Of a stretch of 64,000 nucleotides of DNA, positions 20,141-33,213 are shown in pieces (positions within the stretch are counted from its first letter, which is position 1; each line of letters starts with the position of its first letter). The DNA is from Penicillus capitatus (lineage: Eukaryota; Plantae; Chlorophyta). The DNA is taken from contig OZ287697.1 in the NCBI GenBank assembly GCA_965649825.1, positions 1,536,351 through 1,600,350 on the forward strand. Reading direction: 5' to 3'. Made by a program: the position numbers and the translations under genes. The notes below the pieces were generated by a model, which was given only the letters and a program-made list of their open reading frames with translations, searched no databases and was not told where the DNA came from.

Positions 20141-22696
20141 CCGGTATCTCTTCTTCACAACGTCATGATTGTCGCGAGATGTTACTGAACAGTTCTCCTT
20201 GTGGAATAAAGAGTCTCTTTCTTCTCGACTGAATTCCGTTTCCCGGTCTTCTTATGTCGTCTACTCCTTTGAAAGCGGATGCTTAAGAAGAAGATATCGC
20301 CGTTGACAGCTGCTACATGTCACATGGAGTCGAGCTTCCCATCCCTGCTTATCATCTCTTCATCTCATTGCTTGAATAAACCAACTGTCTTGTGAATCTT
20401 CCTCTCAACTCTCTGAATCGGCTGAGGCCTTTGCTTTTTACGTTCTACTCTAGAACTCAGTGCACAGAGTCAGTTGCAAAACGCACCTGGTTTCTTACGA
20501 ATGGAGACTGGCGACGCGGTGGGAAACGAAGCACACAAAGCACGCTTCGACGCGATTCTTAACTAGAACACCCGGAAACTATCACGTTCGCAGGAAGGTC
20601 TGTGCGACTTCCGTTGTCGGTATTCATTCGCCAAACTCCGTTGTGTAGGAACTCAAGTAAACCCAGACCTTGCTTGGCAAGGCGGTTCTCACTGACGAAA
20701 GGATATGCGAACGACGCAGTTCGGATTGCTATGAGACGTGTGTCGCCCACGCCGATGTGTTTTTCAAGGCGGTAGGAACAGTGTGCTTGCGTCGTCACAC
20801 TTGTCTTTTTCGTCTTTCTATTCCAACCCTTACTGACTTAGCCGTCACTCTGGGATACTTCAACCGTTTCCTACTGCTCGAAGTGAATTTGCGGACTGGA
20901 AACAGAGAAGTTTCTATCCGTAAAACAAATGATACAACGGTTCGTGTGATGCGGTGGATTGTTTGTCCGTTCTCATGCGGCAGAATAATGTGAGCGGTGG
21001 ACGTGAAGTCTACAGAACCGTTCGAACGATTGACCCGTATAGATTCGCTGTTTTTCGAATTCGACAAAGTGTTTTCAGAATGCCGATTTTTTCGTGTTGG
21101 TTTACGGTGCTGTGCCTTGTGCAACTTCTGCTCTTTCAATGTGACGCTGTCGGAGTTGAAACATTCATTCGCACCAACCGACCCGCGCCGGAGAGTCATC
21201 GGAAACGGACCGTCGGGCTCGAAGCTCTTCCAAGAATTGCTTCGCGATGGACAGACATCGGTACTCTCGCACAGAAGCAGCATATCGACCGACGGCTACT
21301 GCAGAACGATGACGAGGAGACAAATGCAGGTGGGTAATTCCAACGTAAATGTCGTGGCGTGGAGAACTGAGGGAGGTTTTGCTTACCTGTCTAGAGTACA
21401 AGTGCTCGTTGAGGAGAAACCAAGTGCGTCAGTATCTCGACGCAGCGACGCGTACTTGGCGCGTCGACGGCAATGTCCTCGAAGCGATTGACAGTGACTT
21501 GCAAGTCATTGTCAACTGTACGGCGGAGGGAGACACTCTGCTTTTCGACGTTAGCGAGGTCATTCGGCCTCGCGCTCGTGTCGCTGTTCCGTGGAACCTG
21601 ACATTTACCTCAGCGACGGGGCAGAACTCGACACTTTGACGCTCCCGATCAGAGAACTCGGAAGGCGTCTATTACATGTCCTGGAAAAGACGAAGGCGTT
21701 TTTCTCGTGAGGTGAGCACAATGGTTCGCAGTGGAATGGATTTCTGAATCTTCTTCTGTGCAGATCTAAAAGTGTCCTTTTCGACAACCTCAACTTCGAG
21801 AGGTGCTCTCTGCGAAGTTCTGCTGGATCCAAGGCCATCATTCATGTCGAGAACTGCCGGTCCAGCAGAACAGAAGGCATCGTTCAGCTGCACCGCATAA
21901 GCTTTAAGCAAAACGTCCTGGTCAAAGCGGTCGGGATCTCCATGCCGAGATCCTCCTGTTCGGTGCTCGAGCTGGCGGACTTTGACTTCGAAAGCAATGA
22001 TTGCAGCGACTATTGTGGCGTGCTACTCCCAAAGCAGAGCAGACTGCAGGACGTTCGTGTTCGACGGGTCCGGTTCTCGGGCTCCGCTAACAGGAGTACA
22101 GCGGTGTTCTATGCCTCGTCTGGATCTCGGACCTCTGTTGAATACATGAACGCCGTGGAGAACGAATGTTCGCTCCTGCACATCAAAGGAGGTTCACTGA
22201 ATCTGTCGAATGTTAGCTTCACTCAAAATCCGTTGAACAGTTCGGCGACAAAGACTGCTAATCCGTGCATTCGACTTTCAAATGCATCTGCTTTGATCCG
22301 GGAAAGCCGCTTCGAAGGAAACAAAGCAAGGATCGGGAGTGCCATTGTCACATCAACGTCGAATGTGACTTTGATGAATACTTCATTCGAGCGGAACGCA
22401 GCAACACAAGGAGGCATTATGGTTTTGCGGGATTCGAGTTCGGCTCTTATCCAGTCCTGCAACTTCTCGTACAACATCGCGGATGAATCGGGTGGAGTGC
22501 TGCTCGCTTCTAACTCTCGAGTGATCGTCGAAGATTCCACGCTGAAGGAAAACAGAGCCAATCAACTCGGCGGTTGCTTCTGTCTGAAATTCCGGAGCGA
22601 ACTTGAAATGAGGCAGTCCACACTGAAAAGGAACGAAGCCAACTTCGGAGGAATCGTCCATCTTGCGAAACGCTCAATGGCAAATCTGTCGGAGTC

Positions 22697-24329
22697 ATCT
22701 TTTTCCGTACGACACTTTCGTTCTGCCGCGTCTAAAACCTTGCTGAACGACGGTGCCCGCACGCACGAAAGCGAACGATGCAGCCCTCAGGTTCTCAGTC
22801 CGGAGGTCCTGACACCGCCCCCGACCCGGTGCGCACGGCGGTGGCGCAGGCCGCGAACACGGTCCGGTACCGGCGCGACCTGCGCCAGTCCCCTGAGGTA
22901 CTCGAAGCCATGAGCAAGAAGGAGCTCATACTCGTCAACACCGCCCTCCAAGCCTGCCCAACGCACATCGCCGCGACCGTGGAACCCGTCACGCTCATCG
23001 AAAAGATCCACGCCTACCTGGCGGCGCACGAAAAGAAGGACAATGCTCAGTTACGCTTGGTGAACCGACTCGACAACGTCCGTACTCAGCTCCTCCTGGC
23101 GCCGGAAGCCCCAGACCTGACCGAGGGGGAAGCATCAAACACGGCATCCCTCTGTCGCTCAAGACACTCGGTGCCGCCGAGCGAATTCCTCAGAGCACTC
23201 TCCGATGACATCCGCTCGGCTACTACGCAGATCGAGATTGTCGCCTCGCCGCTCGTACCCAAGGAACACCCGTTTGCCGCTCGTTTCTCCAAGGCTCTTT
23301 CTATGTTGCACGAGGTACACACTTGCATGCTGTTCTACCACAGCATCACGGATTGGACACCGTCCGCCGCTCACTCCACGCCCCCTGCTCCTCCGGTCAG
23401 AGACCAAACAGCGACAGAACCCAGAAGCGCTGCCCCTCGATCGTACCGGGATGCCGCCCGAAAGGCCTCGCCCACACAGACCCCTGCACAGCAGCAACGG
23501 AACGCCCAGGCCAGAGATCTAAGGAAGAAAACCCAGGAACTCAAAGCGCAGATCCGCTGCGATGAGCGAAGCTTCCAGCTGTGTCCAGTGAAACTGAAGG
23601 GAGATCGCCCGTCCTTTCGCCAGCTCGGAATCGGTCTGGAGAGAAAGCTCAAGATTAGGAACCTCAAGGAGTACGTGGAAGACATCCGCACAGATCACGG
23701 AGGCCGGTACTACGTGCAAATCCGTGCGACCTACGGGAGTCCTTCGAGAAATCGCTTGATCGATGCCTGGAATGCGCCGGTGACTCATGGGATCTGGAAC
23801 TGGACGACCTGGGTACGTTCACTGTCAACAATCCGTATCTCTCGCCCACCAAAGACAAGATCCCAGTGGTCATCAGCAACGTAGACATGGACATTGACCC
23901 GGATGATGCTATCACTGCCATCGCGGAACAGAATGCATCCCGTTGGAAAATCCCGGCCGCAGAACTGGAAGAAGAGCACCTCGCAGCTCCACACCGATTG
24001 AATCGCCGCAAACGTGACTCGGCTGGTCAGCCCCTCCCGGAATGGACACCCAGCAGGAACTTGAAGGTCTTCGTGTCGAAGACTCTCTACGAGCAACTGA
24101 AGGATCCCAAGACCGCGTTTGCCACGTTAGACTACATGGTACTCCCCATCCGCTCTTTTACACGGCCTCCCAGCGCCCCCCGTGGAGTTTCCTGATCCAC
24201 ATTTCATTACATTCATGTTTCTGATTTGGGTCTCGCTCTGCATAGTCTAAACATTGGTTGCTACAAACCCTGTATCGACGCACTCCTGATCTTATCAAAA
24301 AGGAGTTGTAAAAGCAATCAATCTAAAAA
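22697..24329 (+). mobile_element. Non-LTR (LINE-derived) insertion carrying only ORF1
   Basis: 15-bp TSD AAATCTGTCGGAGTC at 22682-22696 and 24330-24344. A-run at the 3' end. Gag-like ORF1 motifs but no endonuclease or RT sequence. Confidence 0.88.
22778..24195 (+). pseudogene. LINE ORF1/gag-like protein, one frameshift (~23728), truncated before the zinc knuckle
   Basis: SYRDAARK and VVISNVDMDIDPDDAITAI resemble non-LTR ORF1p motifs. Two overlapping ORFs (22778-23884, 23866-24195) join via a -1 shift. Confidence 0.65.
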
Positions 24330-24369
24330 AAATCTGTCGGAGTCCGTGTTACACAAGAATGATGCTGTC

Positions 24370-26050
24370 ACGAGTGGTGGGTGCATCTATCTCGGCGTCT
24401 CCAGGCTCTCCGTTCAGAAATGTCGCTTCATGAGTGGATCCGCAGAATTCGGTGGAGGAATCTATGCGTCTTTCTCAAATGTGTCTGTTATGAAAACCAC
24501 CGTATCGAAAAACAACGCATCCACATCTGGCGGTTTTGTTTATCTCAACAGTTCCAAGCTCACCATTGATAAGTGTCGAGTCAACGACGGATGCGCACGA
24601 TATGGGGGAGGTATCTGTGCTTTTTCCTCAGAGATATCTGCAACGAAGACCATTGCATCGAGGAATAATGCGAAGGACCGGGGCGGTTTTTTCTATGGTC
24701 AAACTAGCGAAGTTCGCATGAGTGATTGCTCATACACCGACAACGTGGCTACAACAGGAGGAGGTGTCATGGAATGCCGTCCCAATTGCACTTTTTCGGA
24801 TATCAGATCCAATTACTCCCGCAATGCAGCAGACTTTGGTGGCGCCATTTATCTAAAGCAAAACGCAACCGGAAGTATCTCTGACTGCAGATTCGAAAAG
24901 AACAATGCGTCCATATCTGGAGGTGGTGTTTATCTTGAAGACTCCGCAGTGCTCTCTGTTCAGAAATGTCACTTTGCCGACGGATCCGCACAATTCGGTG
25001 GAGGAATCTACGCCTTTTTCTCAAGTGTCTCTGTTGTGAAGACCATTGTGTCTCGGAACAATGTGAGTGATCACGGTGGATATATTTACGGCGGAACTAC
25101 TGAATTGCGCCTCAGTGACTGTTTATACATCGACAACGTTGCTGGCAGAGGAGGTGTGTTTTTGTGCGATCCCAATTGCAGTTTGAATCTCAAAAGATCG
25201 AACTGCTCTGGGAACGCAGCAGACTTTGGTGCAGTTCTTTATCTCAAGGCAAACTCCTCAAGGAGAATCATTGACTGCGTTTTTGAGAAGAACAACGCAT
25301 CTACATCTGGCGGTTTTGCTTATCTCGGCGTCTCCACGCTCTCCGTTCAGAAATGTCGCTTCGTGAGTGGATCCGCAGAATACGGTGGAGGGATCTATGC
25401 AACTTCTTCGAACGTCTCTGTCATGGAGACCACTTCACGGAGGAGCGATGCATCCACATCTGGCGGTTTTGTTTATCTCGAAGACTCCATATTCTCCATC
25501 CAGAAGTGTCGGCTTGTGAATGGATCCGCAAGCTACGGTGGTGGAATCTGTGCGTATGATTCGAACGTCTCCGTCATCGAGACCACTGCATCAAACAACA
25601 TTGCATCCACATCTGGCGGTGGTGGTTTCGTCCGAAGTTCGACACTTTTTGTTGAGAAGTGCTGCTTTACCGAAGGATCTGCAGTGTACGGTGGAGCGAT
25701 CTATGCGTTCTCTTCGAACGTCTCTGTCATGGAGACCACTGCACAAGGCAACAACGCATCCGAATATGGCGGTGGTATTTATGTCACAGACTCTCTACTC
25801 TTTGTTCGAAGGTGTCGCTTCGTGAATGGATCCACAGATTACGGTGGAGGAATCTGTGCGTATGATTCGAACGTCTCCGTCATCGAGACCACTTCACGGA
25901 GGAGCAATGCATCTACATCTGGCGGTTTTGTTTATCTCGAAGACTCCATATTCTCCATGCAGAAGTGTCGGCTTGTCAATGGATCCGCAAACTACGGTGG
26001 TGGAATCTATGCAGCATCTTCGAAGATATCAGTCAGTGAGACTATCGCAT
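24370..26050 (+). repeat. Intragenic tandem repeats in P2 (about 150-nt / 50-aa unit)
   Basis: Recurrent SVQKCRFxxGSAxYGGGIYAxxSNVSVxET. Near-identical nucleotide copies at ~25430-25560 and ~25890-26010. Confidence 0.85.
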
Positions 26051-29000
26051 CCAGCTTGTCTGCGAATGGGGAAGGCGGGTTTATCTCTGGCAAAAACGCC
26101 GAGATTCTTATTCGTGACTGTCTGTTTGTGCATAACACAGCTACCGTCGCCGGAGGTGTCATCCGATGTCTCAAAAATTCCAGATTGGTTGTCAAGAAAT
26201 CGAACTACTCCCACAACGCGGCAAGCTCTGGAGGAGCTATCTATCTGGCCCAGAACTCCTCAGGGAGACTCGTTAACTCCGGATTTGACAAGAATACTGC
26301 ACGTACAAGTGGAGGCGCTGCTTATATCGCAAGCTCTGGTCTGACTGTTCAGAAGTGTCGCTTTACCGGCGGATCTGCAAAGCACGGTGGAGGGATATAT
26401 GGACTATCTCTTGCAGGCATCTCCATCCACCAGACAAAAGCATCTAACATGTCTGCTCTTGAGTGCGGTGGTTTCATTAGCATAGGATTTCTTAGTAGTG
26501 CCGTTATGGTAAGAAGCTCAGTAATCTCTGCCACAGCACAAGATGGTGGTGCTGTGCACGTATCCACTCTGTCTACGTTCAAGGCCAGAGACATCCGCAT
26601 AGCATCCTGCAGAGCTGAGAGGAATGGCGGTGCCTTGTATGGAAGGGCATCGCACTTTCTGTGCATTAACTGCGTTGTGGAAAACAACAATGGAAGATAC
26701 GGTGGTGCAATCTTCTCTGAATACAGCAATCCTCAATCGCTCGAACTGCAGTTAGAGAACAGCACGATACGAAACAACTCAGCTGTCTTTGGAGGTATTC
26801 CTGAAATACCACACTCTTTGTATTCTAATCTTCTCTTTCCAGGGGGCATAGAAGTCATGGCCATAGACACATTTGTCTCATCGAACCGCTCAATCGGGAA
26901 GGACGATTGTTGCGCAGCAGCTCTGATTGACAACGTCTTTGAGGAGAACACAGCAACAGTCGCAGGTGGAGCTGTCTTCGTCGACAGAATCGCCGTCATT
27001 CGAATGCATTGCTCTGCCAACTCGACCGAAGACGAACTGTCCTTCTTGTCGGATGAGCAGTTGAAGCAGATGAAGGTTCTCAACTCTACTGAAGACATCT
27101 GCCGAACATGGAAGGCCAACACGGCCAAGAGATATGGACCAGACGTTGCGTCTTATGCAGCTGACGTACGCAAGATCATGCACAGCATGCCAACATGCAA
27201 CATATCAGCCGTCAAGAATCAATATATTGTACACAACTACAGCAGTGGCACGCCACTTCCTCCTGTTTCCCTAACATCTATTGACGACCTTGGACAGTAT
27301 CCGGCTTTCGGAGTGGACAACCAACAAGTCGCCGCCGTGATGTCCTCTCCAGATGGTCTGTTCGATGGAAACATCAGTCGCCGTTTGGATTCGAACGTCG
27401 AGAGTTTTACAACCATTGGATTCGCAGAACCCGGAAACTATACTGTTGTCATCGACTTCGATCAAGAACAGTGCGAGAGCATCAAAATCGTAGTGGAAGT
27501 GAGGTCTTGTGCGATGGGCGAGGTGCCATTCAGAAACGGAACTCTCTGTGAACCGTGCTCTTCATCCACCTACAGCTTATCTCTAGAAGGCGATTCGGTT
27601 TGCCATCCATGTCCCGAGAATGGAAACTGTGAGACGAGAGTGATTCTGCCAAACGATGGGTATTGGCACAGGACACCGTGCTCCAAACACATCGACAGAT
27701 GCATTGCACATGACGCATGTGTCGGAAAGGATCGCCAACAAGAGCTGGCAGAGGCCACAAAAGAGGTGAAAACCTGCGACTTTGATGAACAGTATATCCA
27801 GAATTACACTGAAGTTCAGTGTCGAGAGGTGAGACAATGGGTCTTATTACGTGGATTTGAATCCAGAGGTTTCTACTTGCAGGGACATGAGGGGCCTCTC
27901 TGCGGATCCTGTAAGGAATCCTGTGGGAGGTCGCATTCCTTTCTCTGTCAGAAATGCTTCTCGGGTACTGGCAATGTCATCTTAGTCTGTCTGTCTTTTC
28001 TTGTTCTGATGGGTCTGTCAGCCATCACTATCCGAAGCAATTTGATTTCAGCTGCCTCCTTATTACAGCAGCCTCAGACTCCAATGACAGCATCAACGGC
28101 ATCTACTAGCAGTCATCCAGTTCCGACCGTCAGGTGCACGATGGAGTTGACATCGATGGGACGTCCTGAACAAGAAGTGCTCCATCATGCACAGGGCCAG
28201 AGCGTCGATCTTGTTCGAAATCCTCAAGATCCAGAGCTCGCAAAATGGAAGGCGATCGAGCTGTTCAAGGTACAGATTGATATATCCTTCTTCGTCTTGA
28301 CCTTTCTGGGTGCTCTGTAGATCGCAGTGAATTTCATACAGGTCACCGCCATAGCTGTCGCTGTCGATGCGAAATGGACATTCGCAATGGTGGCACTCTT
28401 CCAGACTGCAGGTGAGAAAGGTGATTCTGTCATGCTCCCTCATAACGACTCTCCTGTTTGCAGAGTTCATGAGTGCTGTCACATCCGAGGCAGTGAATCG
28501 TTCCATCGACTGTCTCATTCCATCAGAAGCCATCCTGCAACGCTCCATCGCCAGTTCGCTCATAGATGCATTGCAGCCGATTGCATTTATCTTCCTCTTC
28601 GCCGTTTTCTGGCTGGCAGTCATGATCGGGTGGAGCAAATCATGGATATACTTGCTGAAGAGATGTATCCTCAGTGCCCTCGTCGTCTTCTACATCAGCT
28701 ACATCTCCACCACAAAGACGCTCGTTAACATTCTCAACTGTGTTGAGGTCCATGACTCAACTATGGTTGGGATCGATCAGACGACGGACTATTGGGTATT
28801 GGATACTGCTGTCGTTTGTTATGAGGGATCTCACGCTTTTCTGGTCGGACTCTTGGCGTGTCCTTTTCTCTTTGCCTTCACTCTTGGGGTTCCCCTGTCA
28901 GTCGCATATCTCGTCGTTGTGAAAGTGAAAGAAGACTACAAGGATGGCTGGATCTACGACGTCGCTGGTTTCATCTATCGATCCTACAGTAAGAAGTACA

Positions 29001-31399
29001 TCTTTTGGGAATCGGTGATTATGCTCAGGAAGGCCTTGCTGGCTGTCGTCGTTGTCTTCTCTTACAAACTGGGTGCCAACATCCAGGCAGTGTTGGCATC
29101 ATTCGTCCTAATCGTGGCGCTTTACATTCAGACAACGTGCCGTCCCTACCGTAAAGAGTTCGATTCCCTTAACGACATAGAGAGTTTGTCCATTCTGTTC
29201 TCTTCCCTAATCTTTGTCTGTAGCATCCTTTTTGCTGACGATCGTGTATCGCATGGGGTTCGAGTCTTGTTGAGTGTTTTCCTTTGTTCTGCAACTGTAC
29301 TATTCTTTCTCTATTTGCTCACTCTTTTTGCTGTTTTGGCAGCCGAGTACCTAAAAACGCTACTGATCAGAAAAGGAATTCATCATTCTCCGGCAGACGG
29401 CACCTTTCGCATTCTCGGTGTCCATTTTATCAACTATCTGTTCACTGATGTGAAGGATGCCTTGGTGAGATGGGTCAACCATGGCAAGTCTCGTCGCTAT
29501 CACCGTCCTGAAGTTTAAAGTACGACATTTAATTCTTTATCCAATACTGTTCGCTGCTGTTAACCTCTGTGAATAAACTCCTTTGAAACATCATTGGTGT
29601 CAATCATTCGTATATTTCAATCACATTGCTTTGTCGAGAGACTCTGGCTCGATATCATTTAATGATTCCAGCTGTGACCTCTGTCTCGTGGCGTCGGAAT
29701 TGTGGGTCTCTGGAAAGCGGAGAGCGCGCTGTTTCATTGTTTTCATCGCCATCGCCGTTCCTCGACGTAAGCTTCAGACGCACAGCAACGAAGCAATTAC
29801 TGTTTGTCTTAAGCCGTCAGCGGCGTGATCGACGATAGCGTTTGGCACTTTCGGTTACATAAATCCGACAACGCCGTTTGTCTTTCCCTCCAAAAGCGTC
29901 ACGCAAATCTCTTTGGAGCAGTATACGACCGAAACAATGACTGGCATCCGATCCCTCAAACGCATCCTAGGTCTACTTAGTCCCGTAGAGATAATCTGTC
30001 GAGAGTGCATAGCTCGGAGAAAAGTAGAAGATGTCGCAGACTGTCGTATTGTATTGCATCTGATATGCGCAGCATCCTATCGGACAACAAGCATCAGCAA
30101 AGATCACACAAAGTGGCCGGCATTACTATCTTCGTTAAAGCAGATACTGGCGCAAGAGAATGGAGTCGAAACGTAGTAGTACGTTTTGTTTGGGGCCGCT
30201 GTGAACTTGTAGCCCAAGTTCGTCTCGTAGACTGCACAAAGCACGATCGAGAAACAGTCAAGGGACACGTGCTCATCGTCATACCTGGTTGGTCGCTCGT
30301 CTGGCTCACCGCTGATTTCGTTACGTCGTCCTGTGCGGTGTGCAAAGAACGAGATGAAATGGGACACGGCAAACTGGCTGTTCTACCTTGATCCAATTGA
30401 TATGCATGTCCGAGAATGTTGTACCAACCACCCGCGTGTAGTGTTCACAGAATGTGTCGTCATAACAGAGCGTCTTGTACTCACAGATTGTGCTTCTGTA
30501 CCTGATTTGCCATGCCTTGCAATCTAGATCAACACGCAGGCGCAAAGTGCTCCATGAGTGAGCAGACAGCATTGCCTTGTCGCTGGTAGCATCGTGTTGC
30601 GCATTCGAACGGCTTTGCCATGGCGACACCACCCCCGTCTCCAAAGAACCTAAGTCCCGTCTGGCCGTGAAAGGACGCTGCACAAAGGTCTGGGCTGCCG
30701 TGCAGGTCTGTGGCGAGACGTGCCTTTCGGTTCGTCGACTACTGTATCCGTGCTCGAGGCCGGTGCGTTAAGGACGGGCTCTGTCCCCGTCGTCGTGCAT
30801 TTCTTGCCGAACGCCTTTTCGCGGAGAACCGCGTTGTGCACTTCCGTAAGGCGGCGCTCGGCATTCGCCTGCTAGGCAGCAAAACCCTTAAGCGTGATGT
30901 CGAACAGCGGAGGGAGGCTTGCCCAGTCGGCGAACCAGACGAGCACAGCCACGGCGGCAACTCTTCTCGTGAGCATGATGTCAACCGCTGACCGAAACCA
31001 GTAGATCTCGTGCGACGGAGAAGGGAGGAAAGAAAGAATGTTCACAGCATGGAATGCCTGCCGAGATTTGTACCCTTTCGTCGAAGGGTCGTTTCCATTC
31101 CTCCACACATCTGTCCAACGTCAGCGTTGAATGTGTCCTGTCTGGACCCTTCGAGAGAATCGGACCGAACTGGATCGCCACGACGCTCGGTTCCTGGCCA
31201 CTGGATGATCCATGCGTGTGTCAGCGCGCGCAGCATCACGTCACGTCAGATATTTGACTAAGCGACTGGCTTTGGAAGGCGACGCATGTACTGGAGTCGC
31301 AGCAGTGCTCGATGGGCAACGTCTTCACAGACAGCACGCTCCGAAACGCGTGCTGTGTGGATAGAGGAAGCCGGGTAACGCATCTAGACACTGGATGCC

Positions 31400-32300
31400 C
31401 GTTCTGGTGAATGTTTCAATCTTGGAATGGAGATTCTAGACAGTCTGTATACATTCCCTCGCAGCACGGACGTAGATTTGGCCTCAGGTGATCGCAAGGT
31501 CTGCCTGCTATTTGGCGATTGGTGGAAGCAGTGATGGTACTGGGTGTTCGAGATGAACGCTGTCGCTCCCCGGGTTGTGACATGGGTGCCCAGTGGGCAG
31601 ATCTGCGGGTCGCAGTTGAAAGAAGAACCCATTCTGCTCGAATGACCTCGCGGCAGCAGCAGGAGGCGATTCCTTGCGATGGAATCGGTCAACAGGCCGT
31701 GGTTCTCTCATCCGGCTGCGCGGCAGACGAGTTACATGGTGTGATCTTATTCATCACACATGTTCTCTTAGCGCTTACGGCGTGATGGCCCAGAATGCGA
31801 GATTCGACATGTGAATCCGCACGCCTTGGCTTTCGTGGACTGGATCATCTGCAGGCAGTTCTCTAGTGGAGAGTGGCGCCCTAACTGCGGCCTCGTGATC
31901 AAGCAGATCAGGAATTCTGATTGCTTCTTCAGAACGAGCATTATCGATGACGCAGTCCATGTGGATGTCGGCCGGAGAGAAGATGGGGCAGACGAGGGAA
32001 AGCATGATGTATCGATGTATCTGGCAGATGATCTGTCGCAGACAACTAGCTACACTTCGGACCGACGCCTTCGCCGAAATATGCCATCGGCAAACCACGT
32101 CCTGAACATAGACAGCCGAGAGCGAACCTCCAGAGATGTGGATGGGAGTAGACCGGCAGCTGTTTTCGCCTGCAAATGCCAGGCCATCGCCACTCCTGAC
32201 AAATCTCATCGCAGGCCATTGCCAGTCCTGATGGGTTCAATGCAACAGGGGAATGGACATTCTCGAAACATGATGGACAGAGAGATTGCTGTAACCGAGT
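31400..32300 (-). pseudogene. Highly decayed remnant of the family's membrane-domain exons
   Basis: ISAKASVRSVASCL resembles ITSEAVNRSVDCL; AFWAI resembles DYWAV; GFFFQ resembles GFLYR. Many stops and shifts. Confidence 0.4.
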
Positions 32301-33213
32301 GAAGCTAAACTTTGCCTCCACTGCAAGCGTACGAACCAACAGTCTGCAGCAGGATGATGTGACGTCGCTGCGCTGTTCGTATGAAACGGAAAGTCTATGG
32401 CCGTCGTGACGGAACTGCGACCAGGCGACGAAGTCTCTCGCACACACAGTGGCAGCGTGTTTGTCGACAGGATTCGAAGCTTCAGCCGTCGGCCTCAGAA
32501 GGAGCTCCGCACGAATCTACTCCTTCCGCTTCCGCGACGACGAAATCCTTCAAGCGGGTATGTGAAGAGTAAAAACGCCAGAAGGAAAGAAGACACTGTG
32601 TTCTTCAGCCGCTCGAGTTGTTTGCGAGGCCACCCGCCGCAGTGGACGGATGATGCAACGAATTCCGCACTCCACAGGCAGCGGGATCGCTCTCGGCGAC
32701 CAAGGAACGTATTCCTTCGCGACTTTGCCGCTGGCAACGCGCATCTTCACTTTCCCTGGACGCTGCAGATGGTCACCGCACATGAATCGACAGTGCATCT
32801 CGTGGAGAAGGGCACTGTACATAGGAAGAGTGATGCATTTGGCGAGCACGAAGATGCGAAGATCACTTGGTGTGTTGAATCGTTCTCCTGTCTACGATCC
32901 AGCACCTGCTTCCCACATCTCATCCACCTATTCCTCGTCGTCCTGAAAATTCATAGAGGGAAGCTGTGGAGTGTCCGACGACATGGGTTGATTGCCAGGC
33001 CGTATCTGACGTGCTAACGTATCGTTGGCGACGCTGCTGATGCACGCACACGCATAATGAGCAGCCAGCGAGGGAAATTGGGAATCACGTCATTTAAGGA
33101 CGATAAATTCGAACATGTGGCCTGTAACCGCGGATTGATTGTTTTTTAGGACGCATTGCGACGAAGCAATTCGAGGCAGTTCATCACCACTGCGCAAGGT
33201 CTTCAAGAAGACA

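Larger units (their letters stand above)
21080..29518 (+). pseudogene. P2: paralog of P1, disrupted by a +1 frameshift (~21620) and a LINE-derived insertion
   Basis: Signal peptide MPIFSCWFTVLCLVQLLLFQCDA and the same intron positions as P1. An extra G in GGGG near 21620 gives TGA at ~21637. The reading frame resumes exactly (ANLSES|VLHKN) when 22697-24329 plus one TSD copy is removed. Confidence 0.88.
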
